Notes: generated from the letters alone by a model not told the origin. DNA of 61,707 nt, filler included, from 3 parts of 3 records of this genome joined end to end with filler, not necessarily neighbours in it, one strand, 5' to 3'. Shown: positions 51,190-61,682, counted from the whole stretch's first letter. A program made the numbers and translations.

Positions 51190-53786
51190 TCTATCTCCTC
51201 CAGCTCACTTCTGGCAGCACTGGCGTATACCGAATCCGGTACACTCTCCAGAAGCTCCATAAGCGCATTCATCGATTGCTCTTCTTTATCCTTTATCTTC
51301 AAATATGATTTGCCGAGATAATAGAGACCTTCCGCCCTCTTCTCATCCCTCGGCATATGCTTTAGCTTAAATTTCTCAAGTGCTGTAACAGCATTCTCAA
51401 AATTGTTCCTCTTATAGTATGATATACCTGTATCGAGATAAACCTCAGGATACCCGTCAAACCTGCTCTCCTCGTCCTTATCCAGCCTTTCGTTCAGGTC
51501 GAAAAGGATAGTCTCTCGTTTCAGATCGTCGAAAACACCCTTGCTTATGCTGTATATCTTCTTCATCGCATACTTTTTATCTTTTGTATAATTCTTAAGC
51601 ATCTCAATTATATAGTCCGGTCTTGTCACCTCAAGCTCTTGCACAAGGAAGTCAAACATATCATCGCTAAAGATATTCGGGTCAACCTGCTCAGTTGTCA
51701 GCCCGAGCAAAATAGATGTCATTAGGTAGTACGGATCCATCCTGTTGCTGACATCCTCAATCATCTTCTCCGCTTCGGTATTCATGCCCATTTTATATAG
51801 TGAAAAGGCAGTTAAGCTTCTCACCTTGTCTCTGAATTCAGTAGTGCCGCCACTGTTTACAAAGTCTGAATTCTGGTCATTAAGGCTTATTATCTTTATA
51901 AATTCTTTATTCATATAATATTGGTCAATAGTGCGTGATATAGAATCAGAAAGCATCATATCAGCTTCAGGAACATGTGCTCCATTAGGGAACTGCGCCC
52001 TATACTCAGCTAGAGTTAATATAGTTTCAAGAAGCCTAGCTTCGGCATAAAGCTCTTTACCATAAGCGAATTTCGCTTCCTGAAGCATATCAATCCATTT
52101 ATCAGGGCTTATGAGATCCTGATTCTCAACAAGAAATTTATTAAGGGCATCAACAGTATCTTTGTATCTGCCGTCGTAAAACATATCTTTTATATCGCCG
52201 AATCGAATGTCCTGTAAAATCTCCTGAGCCTCTTTTTTGTAAACAGTATCAGGGAATACATCAAGCATATCCATAATGAGATTTCTCGCTTTCTCGTATT
52301 CAGATTTTTTGTATGCATCCTGAGCTTTTGTAAGGGTTATCTGCTGTCTGATACGATAAACTTCCGGCAGATGCTCTGAGGTAAAACTCTTTTTAAGGAA
52401 ATTTGCTACACGCTCGTCAGCTTTATCATATTTATTCTGTCTGAAATACGCTCTGATAAGCACAAGCTCTGCCTCAGCACGTATATCTATCTCTCTTGAA
52501 GTAATAGCAGGTTCGAGAGCTTTCTCCCACTCCTCTGGCATCTTGTCATCAAGATGTCTGCCAGCGTACATAACTGAGCATAGAAGCCCGCCATTTTTAT
52601 CTTTATATACCTGCTTACAAATCTCAAGCCTCGCATCAGTAGCAGGTCCGTTCCCCTCTTTCTCATACATCTGTGCAGACTCATACATAGCTAAATCAGC
52701 CAGCTTACTAGTTGGGTGCAGAGAGTAAACCTTCTCAAAAGCCTCTCTCGCTATGGTATATTTACCTCTGCTGTTAAATATCTTACCCATAGCATAAAGC
52801 TCATCATCACCCAGAAGTCCTAGCTTATCTTTGTGGTCCATAACCTGAAGGAACGATTTATATGCAAGATCGAAATCTTTACGGTTAGTCTGCAGAAGAC
52901 CTATCTTAGCCTTCTGCTGAGCGTAGCTGTCTTTAAAGTTTTTGATCACGTTCTCGTGTGCATCAATAGCCTTTCTATACTGCCCTGATCCAGCATAAAT
53001 ATCTGCGATGCGCTCGTATGCCATCCGGCGAATCTCTTTATCACGCAGTGACTTGATTACATTATTATATGCGAACACTGCTTCGTTATAGAGCATTGCG
53101 TGCTCTTTCGCCTCGGCAGCCTTAATCAGTACATCTTTTTTACGGAACGAATCAGGATACTCTTTTATAAAATCATCGAAGATTTTCCCTGCGAATACAA
53201 AATTGTCCTGCTCATACTCTCCGAGCTTCATATAAACCATACCAAGTCTGAAGAGTCCTTCCTGCCTGTAGTAACCCGCAACACCAGAGTTTAAGAACTG
53301 CTCCACAAGTGAAAGAGCGTAATCAAGCTCATCATTCGCCATAGCATCATCAATCATCTCAAGGACTTCTTCCGCATTCTTATCGTCCATGATTGTTCCG
53401 GTATCTTTCACCACCGGCTCTTCGATGCCGTAGCCTATCTGAATGTCTTCAGTTTTCTTTTTGCGTGCAGCGGTGATAAGGATGTCGCTCTCGCTTGTGC
53501 CCATTGTATAGTCTGTATCAGGGAAGAAAGTTATAGTAAGCATCCTACCTTCTACGGAGAGAGCTTTGAAAAAAGGGTCGTCAAACCTGCTCGCAGAATC
53601 AGCAGACAGAGGTGTCAGAAGCTCGATCATAAGCTTGCTTTCACCCTCACTCACAGAGAGAACGCTGTTAGCCATGCCGGCTATTATAAATTCAGAGAAA
53701 TGCCCACTGTTACGGACATAAATTCCCGCTGCAAAACTTATCTGAAACACAAAAAAGGTCAAAAATATGAAAAATATCCTAGCCAT
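51165..53786 (-). CDS. Exported tetratricopeptide-repeat protein
   Basis: Signal peptide (ISFAA), beta-rich N-terminal ~110 aa, then many TPR-like helical repeats. Confidence 0.8.
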   Translation of the reverse strand: MARIFFIFLTFFVFQISFAAGIYVRNSGHFSEFIIAGMANSVLSVSEGESKLMIELLTPLSADSASRFDDPFFKALSVEGRMLTITFFPDTDYTMGTSESDILITAARKKKTEDIQIGYGIEEPVVKDTGTIMDDKNAEEVLEMIDDAMANDELDYALSLVEQFLNSGVAGYYRQEGLFRLGMVYMKLGEYEQDNFVFAGKIFDDFIKEYPDSFRKKDVLIKAAEAKEHAMLYNEAVFAYNNVIKSLRDKEIRRMAYERIADIYAGSGQYRKAIDAHENVIKNFKDSYAQQKAKIGLLQTNRKDFDLAYKSFLQVMDHKDKLGLLGDDELYAMGKIFNSRGKYTIAREAFEKVYSLHPTSKLADLAMYESAQMYEKEGNGPATDARLEICKQVYKDKNGGLLCSVMYAGRHLDDKMPEEWEKALEPAITSREIDIRAEAELVLIRAYFRQNKYDKADERVANFLKKSFTSEHLPEVYRIRQQITLTKAQDAYKKSEYEKARNLIMDMLDVFPDTVYKKEAQEILQDIRFGDIKDMFYDGRYKDTVDALNKFLVENQDLISPDKWIDMLQEAKFAYGKELYAEARLLETILTLAEYRAQFPNGAHVPEADMMLSDSISRTIDQYYMNKEFIKIISLNDQNSDFVNSGGTTEFRDKVRSLTAFSLYKMGMNTEAEKMIEDVSNRMDPYYLMTSILLGLTTEQVDPNIFSDDMFDFLVQELEVTRPDYIIEMLKNYTKDKKYAMKKIYSISKGVFDDLKRETILFDLNERLDKDEESRFDGYPEVYLDTGISYYKRNNFENAVTALEKFKLKHMPRDEKRAEGLYYLGKSYLKIKDKEEQSMNALMELLESVPDSVYASAARSELEEIEWRKNLKK

Positions 53787-53895
53787 TGGCTTATTCTACA
53801 ATAAGGTGTTAAACCCTGCAACTATCCTTTATTGATTATTTGTTGAAGAGTGCTTTTATTCATGGTAACTTAAAATACAATTGTGAGGGTAAAAC

Positions 53896-54792
53896 ATGGC
53901 ACTTGATCACGGAATATTACTCGAAACTGGAACCAACGAATTTGAAATCGTTGAATTTATTATCAAATCAGACACTAAAGAGCACCACTTCGGAATAAAC
54001 GTTGCGAAGGTTAGGGAAGTAATCAGATTCCCTGAGATTGTCCAGGTTCCTGATGCACACCCAAGTGTTGTCGGAACAGCGAACATCAGACAAAAGCTCA
54101 TACCTATCATAGATCTGGCTCAATGGCTGGAACTTAAATATGATGATAATTTTGAAGATAAAAAAATCATCGTAACTTTCTTTAACCACCAGTATAACGG
54201 TTTTGTCGTTGACGAAGTCGTTCGTATCCACAGGATCACATGGGCTGACATCAAGGATTACTCATCCATCTCAGACTTCAGCATTGTTGACACAGTGCTC
54301 GGTGTTGTTGATATCGGCGGAAACCTCATTCAGCTTCTCGACTTTGAGAAGATCGTTCTTGAAATGAACCCTGAAACAGGACTCAAAGAGGTGGAAATAG
54401 ATTATTCTAAATCTCACCTGAGAGAAGAAAAGATCGTATTCCTCGCTGAAGACTCCAGCGTTATCAGACGTTTCCTTCATTCTCACTTAGAGGAAGCAGG
54501 ATATCAGGTTCACGCCTTTGAAAACGGAAGACTACTTTTGAATAAACTTAAAGAGATTACACCCGATCTTATAGTAACCGACCTTGAGATGCCGGTCACT
54601 GATGGTGCGTTCGTTGTTAAGACCGTACGCGGTAATCCGGATACAAGTACAATGCCTATCCTCGTCTTCTCCTCTCTCGCTTCCGAGGAGAACGAACGAA
54701 AGGTTATGAGTGTTGGGGCTAACAGGTTCATCGGTAAACCAGATACTGACATACTTGTGGGCGAAGTCGATAATTATCTTATTAATAGTTAG
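53896..54792 (+). CDS. cheV: Chemotaxis protein CheV (CheW plus receiver)
   Basis: ETGTNEFEIVEF, FGINVAKVREVI, LDFEKI, AEDS, TDLEMP. Confidence 0.92.
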   Translation: MALDHGILLETGTNEFEIVEFIIKSDTKEHHFGINVAKVREVIRFPEIVQVPDAHPSVVGTANIRQKLIPIIDLAQWLELKYDDNFEDKKIIVTFFNHQYNGFVVDEVVRIHRITWADIKDYSSISDFSIVDTVLGVVDIGGNLIQLLDFEKIVLEMNPETGLKEVEIDYSKSHLREEKIVFLAEDSSVIRRFLHSHLEEAGYQVHAFENGRLLLNKLKEITPDLIVTDLEMPVTDGAFVVKTVRGNPDTSTMPILVFSSLASEENERKVMSVGANRFIGKPDTDILVGEVDNYLINS

Positions 54793-54802
54793 AGGAGATA
54801 TC

Positions 54803-55561
54803 ATGGTTAAAAAACTAGCAATTGTTATGATCGCAGGGCTTACTCTTACTGCGTGCAGCGGTAATCAGGAGCAGATCCAGCAGAGCCTTAACAATATCAA
54901 GGATGAAATGCTAGGCATTCAGTCCACTATGGGCGACATGCAGGTTCAGATTCAGGAACTTGACAAAGGCATCCGCATGAACACAGAAAGTATTAACAGA
55001 AACTCTGACGCACTTTCGCAACTCCGTGAAGAGATGACAGTTACTAACAGTGACATTATGGAGATCAAAGAGCGTGTGACCGAACTTGAGAAATCAAAGA
55101 TGGAGCTAGCTGAAATGGATAAAGCTCCGGAGGTTGTCAAGGAAGGCGGAGAAGAAGTTATCATTATAGAAGACAGCATTCAGGATAAAATTGGTCTCTA
55201 TACATACGCATACGAGCTCTACAGAAATGGCAAATATGCTGAAAGTGAGACAAAATTTAACGAGTTCCTCATGAACTACCCTGATGTCGAAAGATCAGAT
55301 AACGCTATGTACTGGCTGGGCGAAATCAAATACGCACAGAAAGATTACGAAGGCGCTGTTATGAAATTCCAGGAGCTTGTAGACAAGTATCCAGACGGAA
55401 ACAAAGTACCTGATGCTCTCCTTAAAATGGGATACAGCTACGGCAACCTTTCCGATAAAGATAACGCTATCAAGTCTCTCCAAAAAGTTGTTTCAGAGTA
55501 TGCAGATACTGACGCTGCAAGGCTCGCAGGAAACAAGCTTCGCTTCTGGGGCGTTAACTAA
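54803..55561 (+). CDS. cpoB: CpoB/YbgF-like Tol-Pal associated TPR lipoprotein
   Basis: Lipobox LTAC, coiled coil, NAMYWLGE, YPDGNKVPDALLKMG; ATG 54803 follows GAGGAG. Confidence 0.8.
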   Translation: MVKKLAIVMIAGLTLTACSGNQEQIQQSLNNIKDEMLGIQSTMGDMQVQIQELDKGIRMNTESINRNSDALSQLREEMTVTNSDIMEIKERVTELEKSKMELAEMDKAPEVVKEGGEEVIIIEDSIQDKIGLYTYAYELYRNGKYAESETKFNEFLMNYPDVERSDNAMYWLGEIKYAQKDYEGAVMKFQELVDKYPDGNKVPDALLKMGYSYGNLSDKDNAIKSLQKVVSEYADTDAARLAGNKLRFWGVN

Positions 55562-55588
55562 ACACCAAAGCATACTAAAATAAATATC

Positions 55589-55623
55589 AAAGCCCTGATG
55601 TCAAAAGCGTCGGGGCTTTTTTT
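55589..55623 (+). terminator. Intrinsic terminator after cheV-cpoB
   Basis: AGCCCTGATG-loop-CGTCGGGGCT followed by a T-run. Confidence 0.8.
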
Positions 55624-55723
55624 ATGCGATATAAACGACGTCATATCATTTACGACCATGTCACAGCCTCATCGCTCGTGATGAAAAAATGTGCAAAATT
55701 ACATCGAAACTGCGATCAATCTG

Positions 55724-55752
55724 TTGATTATATTTTAATCATACATTATAGT
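55724..55752 (+). promoter_or_regulatory. Sigma70-type promoter, probably giving a leaderless mRNA
   Basis: TTGATT-17 nt-TATAGT, with ATG 55759 only 6 nt further on. Confidence 0.5.
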
Positions 55753-55758
55753 CTGAAT

Positions 55759-57153
55759 ATGAGAAAAATTAGAGTATTAGCAGTTGACGATGAGGAGAAC
55801 ATCCTCTGGATTTTGAAAGAAGGGCTTTCTGACGAAAAGATCGATGTGCTAACCACAACAGACCCAAACCTTGCCGAAACCTATCTCGCAAAAGGTGTAG
55901 ATATATGCCTTGTGGATATCTTTCTAGGCGAATACAACGGTATCAAACTCACAGAAAAGTGGTCTCCTACATTTAAAGACACACACTTCATTATTATGAC
56001 AGCACAGGACACAGGCTCAAACGTTATCGAGTCTATTAAATCCGGTGCGAAAGATTTCTTTTCGAAACCGTTTGACCTTCAGGAACTTAAAAGCAAAGTG
56101 ATATCGCTCTGCGGAAGCATCCAGCAGACGACAATCTCTGACAGCAAAGAGTACGACTTCGAGACAAAAAACAAAAAAATGCTCGAAATCTATAAACTCA
56201 TAGGTAAAATTTCTAAAACTAATATTAATGTACTCATCCTAGGTGAGTCCGGGACAGGTAAAGAAGTTATCGCAAGGATGATTCATAAACAATCAGCCAG
56301 AAGCGAAAGAGCGTTCATACCTATAAATATGGCAGCTATCCCTAACGAACTGCTGGAAAGTGAGCTGTTCGGTCACGAAAAAGGTTCATTCACAGGGGCG
56401 ATAGGCGATAAAAAAGGTAAATTTGAGGAAGCGAACCACGGTACGATATTTCTTGATGAGATATCTGAGATGGATCTCGGGCTCCAATCGAAGCTCCTGC
56501 GTGTTATTCAGGAGAAAGAAGTCACAAGGATCGGTTCCAGTAAAACCCTCAAACTCGATACGAGAATTATAGCGGCATCAAACAGAAACCTCGAAGAGCT
56601 CGTCTCTACAGGAAAATTCAGAGAAGACTTATACTACAGGCTTAACGTAGTATCGATTGAGCTACCTCCGCTTTACGAGAGAAAAGAGGACACAGCCTAC
56701 CTTACTAACCACTTTCTGCATAAGCACGAAGTAATTAAAGATAAGGTGCTCACTTGCAGCGAAGAGGCACTTGATGTTCTTACAGCTTACCGCTGGCCGG
56801 GAAATATAAGAGAGCTTGAAAACACCATTCAGTATGCTATTGTAAATGCTGAAACTGACGTTATAAAATTAGAAAATCTCCCAACTAAGATCTTCGAGCA
56901 GTCTCCGGGAAGCGGCTCAACGAGCACATCCCACGACTTGTATAAGCTCGCACTGGACATTATCGAATCTGAAATTTTGTCTGACGCAAATAACGCATAC
57001 GACGAGTTTATGAAGATTGTGGAGTACCCGATCATCAAAGCCGTCCTTGACAAAACCGGAAACAATAAGTCTGTATCTGCAAAGATCTTAGGAATTAACA
57101 GAAATACTTTCCGCAAAAAAGTAAAGGAACACGGCTTTGAGCAAGATTCTTAG
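55759..57153 (+). CDS. NtrC-family sigma54-dependent response regulator
   Basis: Receiver (AVDDEE..VDI..KP), GESGTGKE, GSFTGA, WPGNIRE, Fis HTH LGINRNT. Confidence 0.9.
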   Translation: MRKIRVLAVDDEENILWILKEGLSDEKIDVLTTTDPNLAETYLAKGVDICLVDIFLGEYNGIKLTEKWSPTFKDTHFIIMTAQDTGSNVIESIKSGAKDFFSKPFDLQELKSKVISLCGSIQQTTISDSKEYDFETKNKKMLEIYKLIGKISKTNINVLILGESGTGKEVIARMIHKQSARSERAFIPINMAAIPNELLESELFGHEKGSFTGAIGDKKGKFEEANHGTIFLDEISEMDLGLQSKLLRVIQEKEVTRIGSSKTLKLDTRIIAASNRNLEELVSTGKFREDLYYRLNVVSIELPPLYERKEDTAYLTNHFLHKHEVIKDKVLTCSEEALDVLTAYRWPGNIRELENTIQYAIVNAETDVIKLENLPTKIFEQSPGSGSTSTSHDLYKLALDIIESEILSDANNAYDEFMKIVEYPIIKAVLDKTGNNKSVSAKILGINRNTFRKKVKEHGFEQDS

Positions 57154-59185
57154 ATTAATAAAACGAAATAAAAAACCTATGACGTTTAAGCAGCTGCTTC
57201 AGACGTCTGGACTTGATCCAAAATCTCTTAAAAGAGAACTCCGAGACCTGACCAAACAGGGAAAGGTCGAAAAATATCGTAACGGCACATTCGTAGCCAA
57301 AGATAAACCGAGCCACATCACAGGTAAGCTTGACCTGCATCCGGATGGTTACGGGTTCCTCTCCCACGATGGTGAAGGTAAAGATATTTTTATACCAAAA
57401 AATAAGATGAACGGCGCCATGCACGGCGACCGTGTGAAAATAACTCCTGAAACTTTCCGTGGAAAGATGGAAGGGCGCATTGTAGAGATTGTCGAAAGAT
57501 CAGAGCAAACTATCGTCGGGCGTGTTGAAAACCTCGCCGGCATAATTCGTGTTATCCCTATGACAAGAAAGATAAATACTCTCATCTATCTCACATCTAA
57601 TAAGGTGCAGTACGAAAACGACTCGGTTGTCCTTGTTGAGATAACCCACTTCCCTTCTGAAAGATCAGCCGCAAGAGGGCACGTCACCAAGGTGATCGGC
57701 AAACTCAGCGACCCGGGGATAGAGGATGAGATTGTCCTTCACAGATACGACATAGACAAAATTTATCCTGAAAGTGTAATCAAATATGTTGAGAGCACTC
57801 AGAATGACTTCATGGCTGAACCTGGTGCTAGAACTGACCTCAGAGATTTAACAACTGTAACTATTGACGGCGAAACAGCAAAAGATTTCGACGACGCAAT
57901 ATCAATTGAAAACAACGAAAATGACTTTGTGCTATATGTACATATCGCTGATGTAAGCCACTTTGTGCGCCCCGGAACACCGGTTGACAACGAGGCTTAC
58001 CGCCGTGGCACAAGCTTCTATTTTCCGCAGTTTGCCATACCTATGCTGCCGGAAAGCCTGTCAAACGGGCTTTGCAGTCTGCGCCCTAATGAGGACAGGC
58101 TCACACTTACAGCAAAAATCACATATACGAAAGACGGACAGCGTAAAAAATCGCACTTCTACCGCTCTATAATCAATAGCGACAGAAGACTTACATACGA
58201 TTATGTTCAGGATGTTCTTGAGAAGAACTCAATAGAAAAAGACAAAAGCATACTTAAACTTATAAAAGACTCGAAAGAGCTAGCAAAGAAGATTATGGTG
58301 CGCCGTGATAAAAACGGAATGCTCGATTTCGACTTTCCAGAGGCTACATTCCAGTTCGACGACGATGGTGAGATAGCATCCATAACCCCGGCTGAGAGAC
58401 ACATATCTCACAGGATAATTGAACATTTCATGATCGAGGCGAACGAGGTTGTGAGTGAATTCCTGGAGAACCATACTAAGAAATCTGTCTACAGAATCCA
58501 CGATAAGCCTGACCCTATGAAGCTTCAGGACTTTTCAGGATTGGCTGAGACATTCGGTGTCATAGTAACAGTAAGGGATGTGACCTCGAAAGATGTCCGT
58601 ATCATCAACAGGAAAGTTAACGAGTCTGACCACTCAGAGATACTCGGTTCCGCCCTTGTGAGAACAATGGCAAAGGCAGAGTACAACACAACAAACATAG
58701 GTCACTTCGGTCTGGCTTCTGAATCCTACACACATTTCACCAGTCCGATCAGGAGATATCCTGACCTTATGATACACAGACTGATGTGCAATACCCTCTT
58801 CGGAGCTGAATACCATAGTGAAAATGAACTTGATGACGCCTGTAAACTTTCGACAGAGAATGAGCAGAGAGCAGAAAATGCCGAGCGTGACATACATAAG
58901 TTTAAAAAACTTAAATACCTCTCAATGCACATGGAAGATCCTTTCGGAGCTATTGTAATGTCTGTTGGGGCGTTTGGGCTTAATATATATATTGAGTCTA
59001 TAATGCTGAGAGCAACAGTTCCGCTTGAGTCTATCCCTGGTGACGTATATCAATTTGTTAAGAAAGAACAACTAGTCAGAGGACGTGTTACAGGAAAGAT
59101 TTTCCGTGCCTCAGACACCATAGAAGTTCTCGCTGAACGAATAGATATAGATATGCAGGAAGCTTTTTTTTATATCGATAAGTAA
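57137..59185 (+). CDS. rnr: Ribonuclease R (RNB family)
   Basis: N-terminal HTH, HPDGYGF cold-shock domain, TIDGETAKDFDDA, HIADVSH, YTHFTSPIRRYPDL. Confidence 0.9.
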   Translation: MSKILRLIKRNKKPMTFKQLLQTSGLDPKSLKRELRDLTKQGKVEKYRNGTFVAKDKPSHITGKLDLHPDGYGFLSHDGEGKDIFIPKNKMNGAMHGDRVKITPETFRGKMEGRIVEIVERSEQTIVGRVENLAGIIRVIPMTRKINTLIYLTSNKVQYENDSVVLVEITHFPSERSAARGHVTKVIGKLSDPGIEDEIVLHRYDIDKIYPESVIKYVESTQNDFMAEPGARTDLRDLTTVTIDGETAKDFDDAISIENNENDFVLYVHIADVSHFVRPGTPVDNEAYRRGTSFYFPQFAIPMLPESLSNGLCSLRPNEDRLTLTAKITYTKDGQRKKSHFYRSIINSDRRLTYDYVQDVLEKNSIEKDKSILKLIKDSKELAKKIMVRRDKNGMLDFDFPEATFQFDDDGEIASITPAERHISHRIIEHFMIEANEVVSEFLENHTKKSVYRIHDKPDPMKLQDFSGLAETFGVIVTVRDVTSKDVRIINRKVNESDHSEILGSALVRTMAKAEYNTTNIGHFGLASESYTHFTSPIRRYPDLMIHRLMCNTLFGAEYHSENELDDACKLSTENEQRAENAERDIHKFKKLKYLSMHMEDPFGAIVMSVGAFGLNIYIESIMLRATVPLESIPGDVYQFVKKEQLVRGRVTGKIFRASDTIEVLAERIDIDMQEAFFYIDK

Positions 59186-59194
59186 TATCATAGC

Positions 59195-59224
59195 TTGATA
59201 TAACTACCTTAAATGAGTTATAAT
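59195..59224 (+). promoter_or_regulatory. Sigma70-type promoter
   Basis: TTGATA-18 nt-TATAAT upstream of ATG 59256. Confidence 0.5.
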
Positions 59225-59255
59225 TTTTGAAACACTTTATAAATCTGGAACTTTA

Positions 59256-61682
59256 ATGTTTAACAGAATTTTTAATGAAAAAAATATTGGTCGAATAAGC
59301 CTGGTAAATATGCTCGCAATCATACTCGTGTTAACACTTGCTATGATTGTTTTCACTATTAGACAGACAAACTCTGAGTTTGAAGCTGAACGGGCTCACC
59401 TTGTCAAAACCTTCATAGAAGACAAGAAAACAAACCTTAAAGGTGAGATCGACCGTCTCATTGACTTCGCTAAATTCAATACATCTCAAACTAGAAACAA
59501 CATCAAAAAAGTGATGAAAAACAGAGTAGATGAAGCGGTAGCTATGACCAGCGCATTCCATGATGAGATGCTAGAAGAGATGTCACATGACGAAACTGAC
59601 AGATACCTTAAAAAATTCTTTAATATGTTCACATGGGAAGAAGGACGTGGACACCTATATGTCATTGATAAAAAAGGAAATGTAATATATCACCCACACT
59701 ATCCAAAAGGTACAAACCTTCTGGAATTAAAATCTCCTTTCGGTACAATGCCTATTCGTACAGAAATAATTACAGCATTCGAGAATGACGGCGGTTTTGT
59801 CGAAAACATGATGCCTAAGTCACCTGGCTCAAAAGAATTTATCCAAAAAATAAGCTATGTAAAAGCTACAAATATGCACGACTGGTACGTAGGAAGCTCT
59901 TTCGATGAATCAGTGATATCTGACATTATCAAAAAGAAGGTCACGCAAAGAATTGAAAGTGTAACATTTGACAATGACGGGCACTACTTTATCTATAATT
60001 CAGACGGTGTCGGCGTTGTAATGCCAGGAAACTCTTTCCTCGAAGGTGAAAGTCTCACTGATATGTCTGATTCGAGCGGTGTCTACTACTATAAAAACTT
60101 ACTGTCTTACGCCCTGCAGAAAAATGATCTCTTCTCTTTTCATAAGCAGGAATATACGGACTGGGATAAAGCTATGCAGGTTATATCCTATTGTCGCCTG
60201 TACGAACCATGGAACTGGCTGATGTGCGGTTCAGTAGCTATGGATGACCTCACGCCTATCATTGACAACAGGAATAAAGCGCTTAAAAGAAAGCTCTCAG
60301 ATAACAAGCAGTACGCACTTGTACTCTTCCTCATCGCTGCGATAATATCCACCTGTGTTTCGTACCTCTTCTCGGTTAATATCCAGAAGATTTTTTCAAG
60401 ATACAAAGGCGATCTGGACAATAGAAATAAAGAGCTCGAAGAGCTTAATATTGAGCTTACCAATCAGCTCTATACAGACCACCTGACAGGGCTTCCAAAC
60501 AGGAACAAGCTTGTTAATGACCTTAATAATGTTACCACCCCTGCCCTGATACTTCTCAATATCGACTCATTTAAAAAGATAAATGAGACCTACGGTTTTA
60601 TCATCGGTGACTTTGTACTCATAGATGTAGGTGAAAAGATTGCGTCCTTTAACTCATCACACGAAATGCACTCATATAAATTTCACGGCAACGAATACGC
60701 TGTGCTCATAGATGCTGAGATTGAAAAACATGAGCTTGAGGATTTCGCTTCCGCTCTCACTGACTATCTCGATTTTAGCGTTAAGTATGAAGAGCTTGAA
60801 ATAGAAATCGACATCTCTGTCACTGCGGGTATCTCAGCGGACAAGGGTAACATATTTGAAAAAGCGGGAATGGCTCTCAGACATGCAGATAAGCGTAAGC
60901 AGCCATTTACAATATATGATGCAAGTATCGACATTGTAGATGAATACGAAAACGACATCCGCTGGACCAAAATAGTGAAGCGTGCTCTCAACGAAAACAG
61001 CCTGATGCCTTACTTCCAGCCGATTGCAAGTTCTGAATCTGGTGAGATCGAAAAATTTGAGTGTCTGCTTAGGCTAGTAGATAATGGCGAGGTCATTACA
61101 CCTTTCCAGTTCCTGGATATCATCAAAAAGACAAAACTTTATCAGCATATCACTAAACGCATTATCACTAAATCGTTTGAAATATTTGCTGGCAACGACT
61201 TTATGTTCTCCATAAACCTCTCCATTGAGGACGTTATGGATGAATCAACTTCCAAGTTCATACTGGATATGCTTAAAACCAGCGGTATAGCTAACAGAGT
61301 AATCTTTGAGCTCCTCGAATCAGAAGGTATCGAAAGCTTTGAAGTTGTTAATGATTTTATCAAAGAGATCAAAAAAACAGGTGCAATGGTCGCCATCGAC
61401 GACTTCGGTTCAGGTTACTCTAACTTCGTATACCTCTCCGAGCTTCAGGTGGACATTATCAAAATAGACGGCTCACTAATTAAGAATATCGATAAAGATA
61501 CACAGGCACAGATCATTGTTGAGACGATCATCAAGTTCGCAAATCAGCTTAATATCAAGACCGTGGCTGAATTCGTACACTCAGAGAGCGTTAAGCAGAA
61601 AGTTATTGAAATGGGTATCGACTATATTCAGGGCTATCACATCGGTAAGCCTATCGCCAACATCGACGACTATACAATTTAA
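59256..61682 (+). CDS. Membrane Cache-domain GGDEF(degenerate)-EAL protein, probable c-di-GMP phosphodiesterase
   Basis: 2 TM flanking Cache domains; TDHLTGLPNR..FHGNEY; PYFQP..ECLLRL..IDDFGSGYSNF..KIDG..AEFV..QGY. Confidence 0.9.
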   Translation: MFNRIFNEKNIGRISLVNMLAIILVLTLAMIVFTIRQTNSEFEAERAHLVKTFIEDKKTNLKGEIDRLIDFAKFNTSQTRNNIKKVMKNRVDEAVAMTSAFHDEMLEEMSHDETDRYLKKFFNMFTWEEGRGHLYVIDKKGNVIYHPHYPKGTNLLELKSPFGTMPIRTEIITAFENDGGFVENMMPKSPGSKEFIQKISYVKATNMHDWYVGSSFDESVISDIIKKKVTQRIESVTFDNDGHYFIYNSDGVGVVMPGNSFLEGESLTDMSDSSGVYYYKNLLSYALQKNDLFSFHKQEYTDWDKAMQVISYCRLYEPWNWLMCGSVAMDDLTPIIDNRNKALKRKLSDNKQYALVLFLIAAIISTCVSYLFSVNIQKIFSRYKGDLDNRNKELEELNIELTNQLYTDHLTGLPNRNKLVNDLNNVTTPALILLNIDSFKKINETYGFIIGDFVLIDVGEKIASFNSSHEMHSYKFHGNEYAVLIDAEIEKHELEDFASALTDYLDFSVKYEELEIEIDISVTAGISADKGNIFEKAGMALRHADKRKQPFTIYDASIDIVDEYENDIRWTKIVKRALNENSLMPYFQPIASSESGEIEKFECLLRLVDNGEVITPFQFLDIIKKTKLYQHITKRIITKSFEIFAGNDFMFSINLSIEDVMDESTSKFILDMLKTSGIANRVIFELLESEGIESFEVVNDFIKEIKKTGAMVAIDDFGSGYSNFVYLSELQVDIIKIDGSLIKNIDKDTQAQIIVETIIKFANQLNIKTVAEFVHSESVKQKVIEMGIDYIQGYHIGKPIANIDDYTI

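Noticed and set aside
54710-55758. Longer upstream starts in the ORF track (54710, 55624; also 4572, 7860, 12935, 40324, 45273, 47576)
   Set aside because: The extensions overlap neighbouring genes, terminators or promoters; downstream ATGs match domain starts, signal peptides or RBS positions
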